A stretch of 64,000 bases of DNA from a virus. Location: positions 95,578 through 159,577 of the IMG/VR virus record IMGVR_UViG_3300045988_160236; one strand, 5' to 3'. Positions 51,290-60,777 of this stretch are shown in pieces (within the stretch, counting starts at the first letter, position 1; each line of letters opens with the position of its first letter). A model generated the notes under the pieces. It worked only from the letters and a program-made list of their open reading frames with translations. It was not told the origin of the DNA and searched no databases. A program made the position numbers and the translations under genes.

Positions 51290-52179
51290 TATCGTCGATG
51301 TATGTCAAATATATTAGGTTTTGATTCTGTATTTTCTACAGTTCCTTCTGCAGAAATCTCTTCAATTACTGAAGAGCTACCTTTTAGAGTTTTACCCATA
51401 GCTTCACAAATGGCTTCTACAACTTCATCAGGCTTGCACACAATAAAGTTTTCTCTAAGAATTTCTTTCATTTGTTTAGCTACTACCTCATCATAATGTT
51501 CACTTCCATGTCGAACATGGATATGAAACACATGATACTTTTCACAAGCGAGTTCATAAGCCTCTTGCCAGGTATAATCACGCTCATACTCCATTCCAGT
51601 GAGAGCTGCCAAAGTTCCCCTACTTATTCTTGTTAAAGTAGGCTCATCACCAACTGTAAAGAGGAATCCTTTTTGCTTTCGCTTTTCCCAACTATCAATT
51701 GACGTATGATTTCCTGCAATAATCCAAGGAAGTAAGTAGGATTCTCCACTATTACCTCCACCACGACCCTCCAAATAAATTTTAGAGAGACACTGATTAA
51801 TTGCAACAGTTGAAGATTCGAATTGACCTACCTGACACGGGTAGTAATCACATTCATGATCTCCCACTCCCATAAAAAGAATTTGAGGGTGTTTAACTCC
51901 AATAGAATCAATAATAGAATCCATTAACTTCGGAAGATAATCCCTGATCATCTTATCAGGAATTGAACCCATTGAACCAGTTTCATCTAATGCAATGAAA
52001 ACTGGAAGAGATTCTGGGTGTTCCTCAGAATCTCTAGATTCTCGAATATGTGTCTTACTTTTTGTAAGATCCATTTCTTCGTGTAGAGATCTTTGATGAA
52101 AGATTTCTTCTCTGGATTTTTTAGTATAGCTATCAGCAAAAGCTTTATATGTGTTAGAACTCCATGATCCGCTTCCCAT
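51289..52179 (-). CDS. von Willebrand factor A (vWA) domain protein
   Basis: MIDAS 'IALDETGSMGS'. Confidence 0.5.
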   Translation of the reverse strand: MGSGSWSSNTYKAFADSYTKKSREEIFHQRSLHEEMDLTKSKTHIRESRDSEEHPESLPVFIALDETGSMGSIPDKMIRDYLPKLMDSIIDSIGVKHPQILFMGVGDHECDYYPCQVGQFESSTVAINQCLSKIYLEGRGGGNSGESYLLPWIIAGNHTSIDSWEKRKQKGFLFTVGDEPTLTRISRGTLAALTGMEYERDYTWQEAYELACEKYHVFHIHVRHGSEHYDEVVAKQMKEILRENFIVCKPDEVVEAICEAMGKTLKGSSSVIEEISAEGTVENTESKPNIFDIHRR

Positions 52180-52180
52180 A

Positions 52181-52969
52181 TTAATAATGTATTTTAATTA
52201 CATGATCTTTGTGATACGCAGCTTCATGTAATTTTAAGATTTTTAATTCTTGTTCAGTAAAAGCACATTGTATTCTACCTGTGCAAGTAAGATTTCGCTG
52301 CTTTACAATAAGAGTGTCAAGCTCTTTATATGTAAAACCAAAATTTTCTTCATCAGACTTTCCTGTTAATCCATCTGCAGGAGTCTTACGTATAAGATCA
52401 TATGGGAGCCCCATATAGTCTCCTAAAGAAATAACTTCAGAACATGTTAATTGAGAAATAGGATTAATATCAGATGCCAAATCTCCCCATTTAGTTCCCC
52501 AACCAATAAATAATTCTGAAGCATTACTAGTCCCAGCTACTCGATATCCTACAGACTGAGCTATAGTATATAGAATAGTCATACGAATACGAGGAGGAAC
52601 ATTAGTAAGAGCCTTTTTCGTTACTGGAATGTTTTCTTCATTCCCTTCCACTGTAGTTATTTTCGAAACATCAATTTGATGAATAAGTTCATCAAATGCA
52701 TTCTCTATATTAACAACAGTATAGTTAATACCAAGAAAGTCACATACTGTATAACTATCCTCAATATCAGCTTGCTTACCATTAGGCATTAGCACACCTA
52801 ATACATTTTCCTTACCTATAGAATCTACCAATAATTTGGCCACTACAGTAGAATCCTTTCCTCCAGAAATACCAAGAACATACCCTTTCACATGGGTACG
52901 TTCTTGATAATTCTTAAGAAAGGAAACTATTCCTTCATATACTTCTTTCATTAGAATTTCCCGTTCCAA
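52181..52969 (-). CDS. nadE: NAD+ synthetase (NadE, PP-loop ATPase)
   Basis: PP-loop 'VLGISGGKDSTVVAKL'. Confidence 0.6.
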   Translation of the reverse strand: MEREILMKEVYEGIVSFLKNYQERTHVKGYVLGISGGKDSTVVAKLLVDSIGKENVLGVLMPNGKQADIEDSYTVCDFLGINYTVVNIENAFDELIHQIDVSKITTVEGNEENIPVTKKALTNVPPRIRMTILYTIAQSVGYRVAGTSNASELFIGWGTKWGDLASDINPISQLTCSEVISLGDYMGLPYDLIRKTPADGLTGKSDEENFGFTYKELDTLIVKQRNLTCTGRIQCAFTEQELKILKLHEAAYHKDHVIKIHY

Positions 52970-54435
52970 AGAGTTCTACGAATTTCTGTGAGAGTAGTTT
53001 GCTCCCTCATTTTTCCATCTGAAAAGATAGGACGAAGTAAATTGAAAGGCTCATTATGAGCTTCTTTCAGTGTCATACCTTCATCACAATCAAACTCACC
53101 AGTTACATGGTTGTAGAAGACAGCACAACATCCTTTGTGGGATTTCTTCATTCCTGAATCCGTTTTAGGATCTTTGTAGACCATGATAGATTTAGTTTTT
53201 CCATCAATGGTTTGTTCTACATAGCTGCACTTAATTGCTACATTAAATGTATCGCGAGAGAACATATCCACATTCCCAAACTCATCCATGTAAGAAAGCA
53301 TGGAAAATCCTCCTGCACCAAGTGCAACATTCTCTGCAGAGAATCCTTTATCATACAAAATCTGATAAATCTGTTTTGCACGTAACTGAGTGATGCCATC
53401 ACCATATAAAGCTCGAACATGAGGATCTAAGACTTTATACCCTTTAGAGTTGACAGTACCTCCAAAAGTCTCCCAAAGAGAGAAAACTGTCTCAGTTACA
53501 ATTTCTACAGGATCCCCAGAGTCACCACGAACATACAAAGTGCCGTTTCTACTGAGAATTTCTTCCTTAAGAGATGGAAGAATCTCATCGACAACATTCC
53601 AGTAATCATAGGAATCACTTACCATAGAGAATGATCCATTCGGGTAGACCTCAGTAAGGAGGCGTCGAATCATAACTTTTTCATCCCCATCAATGGCAGC
53701 AGAACTACACATTACGGAGTGCTCAGTAGAAGCCATACCTCCACCTACTACAGACATTGGGGTATGATAATACTTTGAAGCATACATAATGCCAGGAATA
53801 GTCGCAGTCTTATTAAAAGAGAGCAAAAATCCACACGAAGCTTTAATAGCGCCATGAAGTCCAACTAAACTTCTAAATCCGAACTCAGAAATAGCAGAAC
53901 GACCAGAAATATCAGAAGTTTTAGAATAAAAATCATTTACGATACTACGATATTTAGTTACAGCAGTTGCAACACACATTGGATACCAAAGCTCAGAGAG
54001 CATCAAGGTTTCAATGAAATTAGTACACCATGCAAATTCTGGATTAGTATTAGAAATCTCGATACAGGGGACATTCATTCCTACTTTATATCCCTCAGGA
54101 AGTGCCCAGATCTCGATAGGAAGATATCCTAACTCATGAAGCTTTTTAATTTTATCCGAATTAACACGGTCTGCTCCCATAGTAGAAGAAATTACAAATT
54201 CATATTCTGCAATAACTTCTTCTAAAGAACGACTAAAGAAAGTTTCATTCATGTATTCAATCAGATACTCCTCAATAAATGCTTGAATACCAAAAACTAC
54301 TACCTTATCAAATTCAGGAATCCTAGTTTTACGAGGTACATAGTAAGAAACTACCTTAGTGATGCTAGGGTCATATTGCTCTGCATGACATTGTTTATAA
54401 AAATCAGTCAGTAGAGCTCCACAAGGTTTAAACAT
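52951..54435 (-). CDS. nadV: nicotinamide phosphoribosyltransferase (NadV/NAMPT)
   Basis: 494-aa type II PRTase; length and context are typical of phage NadV. Confidence 0.55.
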   Translation of the reverse strand: MFKPCGALLTDFYKQCHAEQYDPSITKVVSYYVPRKTRIPEFDKVVVFGIQAFIEEYLIEYMNETFFSRSLEEVIAEYEFVISSTMGADRVNSDKIKKLHELGYLPIEIWALPEGYKVGMNVPCIEISNTNPEFAWCTNFIETLMLSELWYPMCVATAVTKYRSIVNDFYSKTSDISGRSAISEFGFRSLVGLHGAIKASCGFLLSFNKTATIPGIMYASKYYHTPMSVVGGGMASTEHSVMCSSAAIDGDEKVMIRRLLTEVYPNGSFSMVSDSYDYWNVVDEILPSLKEEILSRNGTLYVRGDSGDPVEIVTETVFSLWETFGGTVNSKGYKVLDPHVRALYGDGITQLRAKQIYQILYDKGFSAENVALGAGGFSMLSYMDEFGNVDMFSRDTFNVAIKCSYVEQTIDGKTKSIMVYKDPKTDSGMKKSHKGCCAVFYNHVTGEFDCDEGMTLKEAHNEPFNLLRPIFSDGKMREQTTLTEIRRTLWNGKF

Positions 54436-54436
54436 A

Positions 54437-55018
54437 TTAATAACGATTAATTATAGTCATTTGTAAACCCTCCATAACATCTAAAGCTTTGTTATGAAGT
54501 TCATTATTATTAGAACGACAGCAGGAAGCATCTATGATGATATCTGCATCAGGGAATGTTTGCTGAAAACTTACAGCACATGAAATAACACAAAGATTAG
54601 TTACTACACCAACCAAAGTAATTTCTGTAATGCAATCAGCGATCTCGAATAAATATTCTCCATCACCTGTCTTAGCATCATTAAACTCATCCTGGATAAA
54701 TCCAAACCTATTTAGTTTATCCATTACATAGCAGGAACGAAGATAAGGCTTAAACTCCTTAATAAGCTTATGACCTTCAGTTCCACAAACACAATGAAGA
54801 ATTGGAAGATTTCTACCTTCACGAGTCATAGCATAGCCAAATCCCCTAGTATCACTATGCTCATAATGAGTATCCCGAGTAAAAAGAACAGCATCATCTG
54901 CTGTTATATACTCTTTAACTAATCTCTCTATAGGAGAAATTATTTCTTCAGCACCAGGAACCGTTAATGCACCTCTGATGAAGTCTTCTTGCATATCAAC
55001 TACTACAAGTAATCGCAT
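54437..55018 (-). CDS. isochorismatase-family hydrolase (nicotinamidase PncA-like)
   Basis: 'LLVVVDMQEDF' isochorismatase N-terminal motif; catalytic Cys context '…VGVVTNLCVISCA'. Confidence 0.5.
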   Translation of the reverse strand: MRLLVVVDMQEDFIRGALTVPGAEEIISPIERLVKEYITADDAVLFTRDTHYEHSDTRGFGYAMTREGRNLPILHCVCGTEGHKLIKEFKPYLRSCYVMDKLNRFGFIQDEFNDAKTGDGEYLFEIADCITEITLVGVVTNLCVISCAVSFQQTFPDADIIIDASCCRSNNNELHNKALDVMEGLQMTIINRY

Positions 55019-55451
55019 ATATCTTTTTTATTTATAATTAAATAGCTATCCTTGCCAAAAGGAATAACACTAGAATTAGCTTGTCCAATTGTATTTATAA
55101 TTACCTCCTTTTTAGACTCCCAAATAAAAATCTGTAGAAGTCTACTGGTTCTTTTCATAACCCAGGCCTTATATACCTTTTTATTAGTAATTATAAATAC
55201 ATCGTCAAATTGTTCTAAGTCAATTACTTTTTTAGGAAATTCTTTTGAACTATCAGTTGATGGTTCATTAAACCTTCTAAATATTCTTAAGAATCATCTC
55301 TTCATCGCTTGAACTTTTTCTTTACTAAAGGTTTTCCTCCCTCTTGGTCTTTAAACTTCTTAGGCCGTTTTGGCATTCTAGGTTTATCCTCCTCACAATA
55401 ATCAGGAATTTGATAATCTTTAAGGTACTTACCCATAATTAGATTATTAAT

Positions 55452-55477
55452 AAAAAGGCTCTAGTATTTCTACTAGA
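55452..55477 (-). terminator. rho-independent terminator (minus strand) after gene 55489..57180
   Basis: Perfect 11-bp hairpin aggctctagta-tttc-tactagagcct, followed on the minus strand by TTTTTATT. Confidence 0.6.
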
Positions 55478-55488
55478 GCCTATTGAGT

Positions 55489-57180
55489 TTACATCTTAAT
55501 GAGAGACAGAATCTCTTGATTCATAGCCTCATCAAACAGATCCCGTGTAGTCTGTACCTTTCCATTTAAGAAAGATACAATCTGTGCTGAATATCCAGAC
55601 ATGTAGTAGACATTCTTGACATCACCATAAGTTTGGAATGGAGTGCGATTCTGCGCATTATCTCCGTAGTAATCATTTCTCAAATTCCAAAGGCAAATGA
55701 CAAAATTGTCAATATACTCTTTAGAAAATCCTGCAGCTGTCAATGTATCATGGACTCTTTCAACTGAAGTCTTATTCAGACTTGAAGCATCAAACTCACA
55801 ATCACTGATACAAAGAATTCCTTTAGGAAATTCCTCTTCTGGAACACCTTCAAGCTTCAACTGAGCAAAGAGGTTAATAACACCCTCAAAGTTTGTACTT
55901 CCATAGTACCCCGAATGGTCATTAAACCATTTCTCCAGAGGAGTTTCTCCTTTCCACTCATGCATCATAGCTTTTGAGTTAAACTCAATCCATGCATTTT
56001 GGAATCTCCCTCTTAAGAAATAAGAGAAATACAGAGCAATTGCCTTACCTACATTGTAGCAAGACATGGAAGTTCCAGTTGCTTCTGCACCCATTGAACC
56101 AGAAGTATCACGTACTACGATAAGATCTGTAGTATTGCCCTCTTCCTTACACTTATTAACAAGGGTCATAAATTGCTTGTTAATAGTATCTTTGATATGC
56201 TGCTCTATATTACGAGGAACAGTGTTACAAATAGGTTTAAAGAGCTCATGTACGAAACCTGTGTACTTCACCTCCTTTGTCTCTGGAGCTCCTATCCATT
56301 CCTGATACTTCTCTTTGAGATTATGATTCTCTAAGAACTTGGAATGTACAAGAAGGTTTAAGGCACGACCATGAATCTTATCAAAGTCAATCTCCGTATA
56401 TCGTTGCTTTGAAATAAGCTGTTGCCAGCTATGTGCTGTTCCTGCAGCTTTCATCCTTGCATAAGAACGATATACTTGATACTTTTCAGCATCTGTCTTT
56501 GCTCCTGACGCGCCGTAAAGTTCTGAACACAGCCATTTTGCAATCATACAATTTGCTTGTGCCTCTACTGTAGTACACTTGGAACGTGCCTTGATCTGAG
56601 GAAGATACTTACGAGTGAGATTCGTTTGAGAATCAGAGCCAAGACCTGCAGTAATCAGATCTGCAAAACGACGCCAATCCAGAACTCGGTGTTCCCAGCC
56701 GTTATAAACTAAGTCATAACGAAGCATAACGAAGAGATCTTTCCAAGAACCCACCAAGGGAATCAGCCAAGCATTCTTCCAGAATACTTCTTTATCTTTG
56801 GTATGTAGCCAGATGAGACGCATAATACCTTCATGACGAAGTTCAGAACCCTTTTGTGCTTCTTTGGTACCATACTTTTTATCATTAATCTTACGACAAA
56901 TCATTCGCAAGAAAAAGATAAATTTAACAGTATCTTCTTTATTTTCTGCCCAGAGAATTTCACAGTCTTTTGCAATTTCTGCAAATGGGCGGATCTCTCT
57001 GTACTTAGATGTACTGCCAAACTGGTCAACGAAGGGATCCCCTGTACTGGAATAGGCTTTGCCACCGTTACCTGTAGTGGTTTCTGCTGCAGTTTTTAAT
57101 CCTGCCTGAATAAAGGCTGATTTAGATGCCGATTTACTGTTATCAACAGCAAATAATGTTTTCTTTTTTGCTTCAAACAT
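55489..57180 (-). CDS. vWA-domain protein with Ro60-like (TROVE + vWA) architecture
   Basis: 563 aa; MIDAS 'VVRDTSGSMG' at about residue 350, preceded by about 340 aa of helical-repeat N-terminal domain. This is the Ro60/Rsr domain order. Confidence 0.35.
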   Translation of the reverse strand: MFEAKKKTLFAVDNSKSASKSAFIQAGLKTAAETTTGNGGKAYSSTGDPFVDQFGSTSKYREIRPFAEIAKDCEILWAENKEDTVKFIFFLRMICRKINDKKYGTKEAQKGSELRHEGIMRLIWLHTKDKEVFWKNAWLIPLVGSWKDLFVMLRYDLVYNGWEHRVLDWRRFADLITAGLGSDSQTNLTRKYLPQIKARSKCTTVEAQANCMIAKWLCSELYGASGAKTDAEKYQVYRSYARMKAAGTAHSWQQLISKQRYTEIDFDKIHGRALNLLVHSKFLENHNLKEKYQEWIGAPETKEVKYTGFVHELFKPICNTVPRNIEQHIKDTINKQFMTLVNKCKEEGNTTDLIVVRDTSGSMGAEATGTSMSCYNVGKAIALYFSYFLRGRFQNAWIEFNSKAMMHEWKGETPLEKWFNDHSGYYGSTNFEGVINLFAQLKLEGVPEEEFPKGILCISDCEFDASSLNKTSVERVHDTLTAAGFSKEYIDNFVICLWNLRNDYYGDNAQNRTPFQTYGDVKNVYYMSGYSAQIVSFLNGKVQTTRDLFDEAMNQEILSLIKM

Positions 57181-57237
57181 CTTATTAAGTTTTAAAAATA
57201 AAGCGGATATTGAACGATGTCAATATCCGCAAATTGT

Positions 57238-57708
57238 TTATAAAGATCCTCTGTAAAAGGTAAGAGTCTTACCAAGTAGATTTTCTCCCCAATTTGATTG
57301 GTTTTGAAGTGCATGATCTTGATCATAGCCTATACCCCAGATTCTATCAAAGGGAGATGCTTCAACAAAGAATTTCCCGTCTAATGCTGGGTCTTTAAGT
57401 TTATCCATTAAGTCTTTATTTTGGCTAAACTTACCTTCCAAGGCAAGATACATTTTCTGAATCTTAACCTCATTCCAGGATTTCTCATCAAAGTTTCTAA
57501 CCTCCCTACCAAGGTTTTTAGCTTCCTTTGGAGTCTCTGCTAATAGAATCTTCTCTGCTGTTTCTACATCACCAAAATGTAAAGCTTTAAGATACATAAA
57601 AAGCTGTTCAGATGATTTAAAAACTTTAGAGCCAAATACTATTCTACAAGGATGAAAGTTACTTAACCAACCTCCCCAGAAGAATATAAAATTATCTACA
57701 ATTTTCAT
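57238..57708 (-). CDS. NADAR (YbiA-like) domain protein
   Basis: 'FIFFWGGWLSNF…SEQLFMYLKA…'; start trimmed to the internal Met because the ORF's 5' end overlaps tRNA-Tyr. Confidence 0.5.
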   Translation of the reverse strand: MKIVDNFIFFWGGWLSNFHPCRIVFGSKVFKSSEQLFMYLKALHFGDVETAEKILLAETPKEAKNLGREVRNFDEKSWNEVKIQKMYLALEGKFSQNKDLMDKLKDPALDGKFFVEASPFDRIWGIGYDQDHALQNQSNWGENLLGKTLTFYRGSL

Positions 57709-57723
57709 GTCAATATAAATTAG

Positions 57724-57809
57724 TCCCGCCGTGAGGATTCGAACCTCATGAGTTTCTGATGTACAGCATTTACAGTGCTGCGCCACTCCACCATCGTAGC
57801 CGCGTCGGG
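57724..57809 (-). tRNA. tRNA-Tyr (anticodon GTA), type II
   Basis: T-arm TGAGG-TTCGAAT-CCTCA; perfect anticodon arm CAGCA-CTGTAAA-TGCTG; long variable arm; acceptor CCCGACG/CGGCGGG (one A·G mismatch), A73. Confidence 0.55.
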
Positions 57810-57812
57810 ATA

Positions 57813-57841
57813 AAAGAGCTGCATATTAACTATACAGCTCA
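57813..57841 (-). terminator. rho-independent terminator (minus strand) after the SPFH/NfeD operon
   Basis: Hairpin gagctg…cagctc, followed on the minus strand by TTTTATCCC. Confidence 0.4.
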
Positions 57842-57853
57842 TAAAGAAATTAA

Positions 57854-59467
57854 TTACTTAACTTCAGGAAATTTAGCATCCTCAGTTTTCTCTTCCAATG
57901 CCTTTGATACTCCAGGAATTTTCATTTCTTTCATAACATTCAGCATGGGGGATACTTGAGACAGAAGGCTCTGCATCACATTTGTGAGGCCTCCACCCTT
58001 CGTAGTGTCCATGATGGTCACATTACCGAAGTTCATGTGCTTGTAAGCCTCAACCTGTTGCTTAGCAATGTTTTCGTAGGTTCCTTCTTGAACCATCTTG
58101 AACTGAATTGCAATCGCAGGATCAGTTTTGGCAGCTTCGATCATCTCACGGAAACCATCTGCCTGAGCCTTAAGAGAAGCTTTCTCTGCTTCTGCCTGAG
58201 CCAAACCTTTCTGACGAACAACCTCTGCTTCAGCAAGACCTTTAGCAGTAATGGCTTTAGCCTCACCTTCACCCTTGAGAGCTTCAGCTTGCGCTTTACC
58301 ATCAGCTTCGATTTTAGTCTTATTAGCATTGGTTTCTGCGATTTTTTCCTGTTCCAGCTGATAAGCTTCAGCACGCAGCAGACTCTCTTTCTTAGAAATT
58401 TCTGCAGGTACAATCTTATCAGCACGTAAGGCTGCTTCTTGACGCTGAGCACGAGCTTCTTCTGCAGTCTTCTGAGCGAGTTCCTGCTCTTGCAGCACTT
58501 TTGCTTCAGCCTTAACGACCTCTACCTGAGCAAGCTCTTTCTCCTTAGCGACTTCAGCGTCTGCCTTTACACGAGCTGTGTTTGCAGCCTTTTCAGCATC
58601 TGCTCGCACAACTTCCAACTCAGCATTCTTGTTTGTTACAGTCTTCTCAGCTTCGATTTTACCAATCTCACCTTCTGCTTTAGCAGTTGCCACATTGATA
58701 TCACGAGTACGCTGAGTTTCTGCAACCTTGGAATCTCGCTCAGCATTTGCCACTGCGACCGCAACTGCTTCCTCACGTTGAGTTGCAGCAACTTCAGAGT
58801 TCTTAATTTTGTTCTGCTCTGCAGTTTGAGTTGCACCGTCCTTTTCAGCCTTAGCGATTTCAACATTTGCCTTATTAAGAGCAATTGCTTTGTCCTTCTG
58901 GCCTAATGCGATGATATAACCTGCTTCATCCCTGATATCAGTGATGTTGACGTTGATAAGATGCAGGCCAATCTTACGGAGCTCTCCACCAACAACATTC
59001 TTCACTTCTTCCAGGAACTTGTCTCGTTCAGAGTTCAGCTCTTCAATGGTCATATTAGACACAATTAGACGCATCTGACCATATACAATATCCTTAACGA
59101 GATCTTCAATCTGGTCAGTAGTCAATCCAAGCAATCGCTCTGCAGCCATTTGCATTACTTCAGGTTCTGTAGAAATACCTACAGTCACAGTAGTTGGAAC
59201 ATCTACTCGGATATTCTGTGAAGACAGAGCTTTCTGAAGATTACACTCAAACTGCAAAGGTTTAAGTGACATGAAACTGTAACCCTGTACGATAGGCACC
59301 ACGAAAGCCGCTCCTCCATGGATGCACTTAGCAGATTTTCCGCCCCCCGTCTTACCAAAGATTACAAGAATCTTGTCAGAAGGACATTTTCTGTACCGTG
59401 AGAGAATTCCCACTACTGAGAGCAACACTAACAGTAGTGCTGCACCGAGAATGATAAATAAAGTCAT
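57854..59467 (-). CDS. SPFH/band-7 (flotillin-like) protein with long A/E/K-rich coiled-coil
   Basis: N-terminal TM segment plus an SPFH domain; about 250 aa of 'AEKAA/AKAEAE' heptad-like repeats. Confidence 0.55.
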   Translation of the reverse strand: MTLFIILGAALLLVLLSVVGILSRYRKCPSDKILVIFGKTGGGKSAKCIHGGAAFVVPIVQGYSFMSLKPLQFECNLQKALSSQNIRVDVPTTVTVGISTEPEVMQMAAERLLGLTTDQIEDLVKDIVYGQMRLIVSNMTIEELNSERDKFLEEVKNVVGGELRKIGLHLINVNITDIRDEAGYIIALGQKDKAIALNKANVEIAKAEKDGATQTAEQNKIKNSEVAATQREEAVAVAVANAERDSKVAETQRTRDINVATAKAEGEIGKIEAEKTVTNKNAELEVVRADAEKAANTARVKADAEVAKEKELAQVEVVKAEAKVLQEQELAQKTAEEARAQRQEAALRADKIVPAEISKKESLLRAEAYQLEQEKIAETNANKTKIEADGKAQAEALKGEGEAKAITAKGLAEAEVVRQKGLAQAEAEKASLKAQADGFREMIEAAKTDPAIAIQFKMVQEGTYENIAKQQVEAYKHMNFGNVTIMDTTKGGGLTNVMQSLLSQVSPMLNVMKEMKIPGVSKALEEKTEDAKFPEVK

Positions 59468-59474
59468 CTTTTAA

Positions 59475-59963
59475 TTATTTAATTGTTACTTGATGTCGTG
59501 TACCTTCCACCATAACTGATTCTCCAGGTTGATAGTTAACATTCTTTGTGGATGTTGCATCCACATATACTAACCTTCCTTCCAGCTTCACTACTACCTC
59601 TCCTTTATTTAATTCGGAGTCCCAATAATAAACCTGTGCGGGAGTATCCTTAATTTCATCTTGATAGATGATTTCTTGACGAAGATGTTTATATATGTAT
59701 CTGTAAAGATAGAACAGAATCACAGTAAATAACAATCCCACCAAAACAGCTACGAAAGTAGATAGTACTGAAACTCCTCCCATTGTAGTTAATGTTAGAG
59801 AAAATCCAAATACAAAGTGAACAATACCCTTAAAAGATAACATGTCACTCGAATCTAAGTCTGCATCCATATCAACATCAATCTCTCCTCCAATAAAGGA
59901 TAAGACTGTCTGTCCAATTAAGACACAAGCAGAGATTACTAATAAAATTAAATACCAAGTCAT
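59475..59963 (-). CDS. NfeD-like membrane protein (SPFH partner)
   Basis: Three or four TM helices plus a C-terminal OB-like beta domain 'VVVKLEGRLVYVDAT…VMVEGTRHQVTIK'; lies immediately upstream of the SPFH gene. Confidence 0.5.
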   Translation of the reverse strand: MTWYLILLVISACVLIGQTVLSFIGGEIDVDMDADLDSSDMLSFKGIVHFVFGFSLTLTTMGGVSVLSTFVAVLVGLLFTVILFYLYRYIYKHLRQEIIYQDEIKDTPAQVYYWDSELNKGEVVVKLEGRLVYVDATSTKNVNYQPGESVMVEGTRHQVTIK

Positions 59964-60051
59964 ATTTTGTAATAATTAATTTCAAAGAAAGGCTACGCTA
60001 TCATCCAAAAAATATACATTAAGAAGATAATTGCTGTATGTAGCCTATTAG

Positions 60052-60124
60052 TGGGACTGGAACGAGTCGAACGTTCACCTTTGGATTTTCAGTCCAACGA
60101 GCGCACCACGCACACCGCAGTCCC
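60052..60124 (-). tRNA. tRNA-Phe (anticodon GAA)
   Basis: Perfect acceptor GGGACTG/CAGTCCC, A73; anticodon arm TTGGA-CTGAAAA-TCCAA; T-arm GAACG-TTCGACT-CGTTC. Confidence 0.65.
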
Positions 60125-60269
60125 AACAAAAAATTCCAGTATTTCTACTGGAATTGAGTGCATCGCAGGGCTCTTCAGCCCCGATACTTTTTTGATTTAA
60201 CGTCGGATTCTTAAAGTCTTAACCGATTACAGTACTTTCTTATATAGCTCTCAATCTATAAGAAATTGC

Positions 60270-60342
60270 GGGAAACAATAGGGTTCGAACCTACAATCAC
60301 TAGCAACACACCTAGTTGCTTTACCAATTAAGCTATGTCCCC
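60270..60342 (-). tRNA. tRNA with apparent 8-nt anticodon loop (GTGTGTTG); identity uncertain
   Basis: Acceptor GGGGACA/TGTTTCC; U8; D-stem GCTT/AAGC with AATTGGTA loop; stem ACTAG/CTAGT closes an 8-nt loop; 4-nt variable; T-arm GTAGG-TTCGAAC-CCTAT. Confidence 0.4.
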
Positions 60343-60517
60343 GTAATAATAGATGCTCTACATACCATCTCGTAGAATTACAGCTTTCTGAAGTTTTACA
60401 TGTGCATGGCTGGGGAACTACGCCTTATTGCTCTTCATTAAAGGAGCGACCTTTAACTTGGCCAATGATTTTTTGCAAAACAAATCATAAAGGTTCGTAC
60501 ATCTATTATATTTAAAG

Positions 60518-60591
60518 TGGACACATGTGGGGATTCGAACCCCTCTATTTCCTTGCAAAGGAAATGTGCTCGCCTTTACACTACATGGCCC
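60518..60591 (-). tRNA. tRNA-like (anticodon loop TTTGCAA, Ala-TGC type) with imperfect acceptor stem; possible pseudogene
   Basis: Anticodon arm TTTCC-TTTGCAA-GGAAA perfect; D-stem GTGT/GCAC; T-arm (A)GGGG-TTCGAAT-CCCC(A); 5' GGCCATG pairs only partly with 3' CATGTGT. Confidence 0.35.
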
Positions 60592-60777
60592 AAAATACTT
60601 AAAGTTTAATACGAAATTGCCTTATTTTATTACATATTTTACAACGCTGTATATAAACTTTTTTAACCTTAACTGGACGACTTTGATGATCATCTTCAAA
60701 TACTCTTGTTAAGCTTTCTTCAACTGTCTCCCAATTATGAACATGAAATTTAGCTTTTAACCATTCTTTTATAATCT

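Noticed and set aside
57238-57786. Using the full ORF 57238-57786 for the NADAR gene
   Set aside because: Its first about 26 codons are the reverse complement of tRNA-Tyr (57724-57809). NADAR homology begins at the internal Met, so the start was trimmed to 57708.
57956-58906. Plus-strand ORFs (57956-58429, 58439-58906) and minus-strand ORFs 58141-58452 and 58636-88 inside the SPFH gene
   Set aside because: They are low-complexity frames overlapping the repetitive GCN/GAA-rich coiled-coil coding region, with no independent signal.
60166-60200. Plus-strand-oriented hairpin plus T-run (agggctcttcagccccgatacttttttg) between two minus-strand tRNAs
   Set aside because: It looks like a terminator for plus-strand transcription, but no plus-strand genes exist here. 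It may stop antisense read-through or be fortuitous, which is too weak to call a feature.
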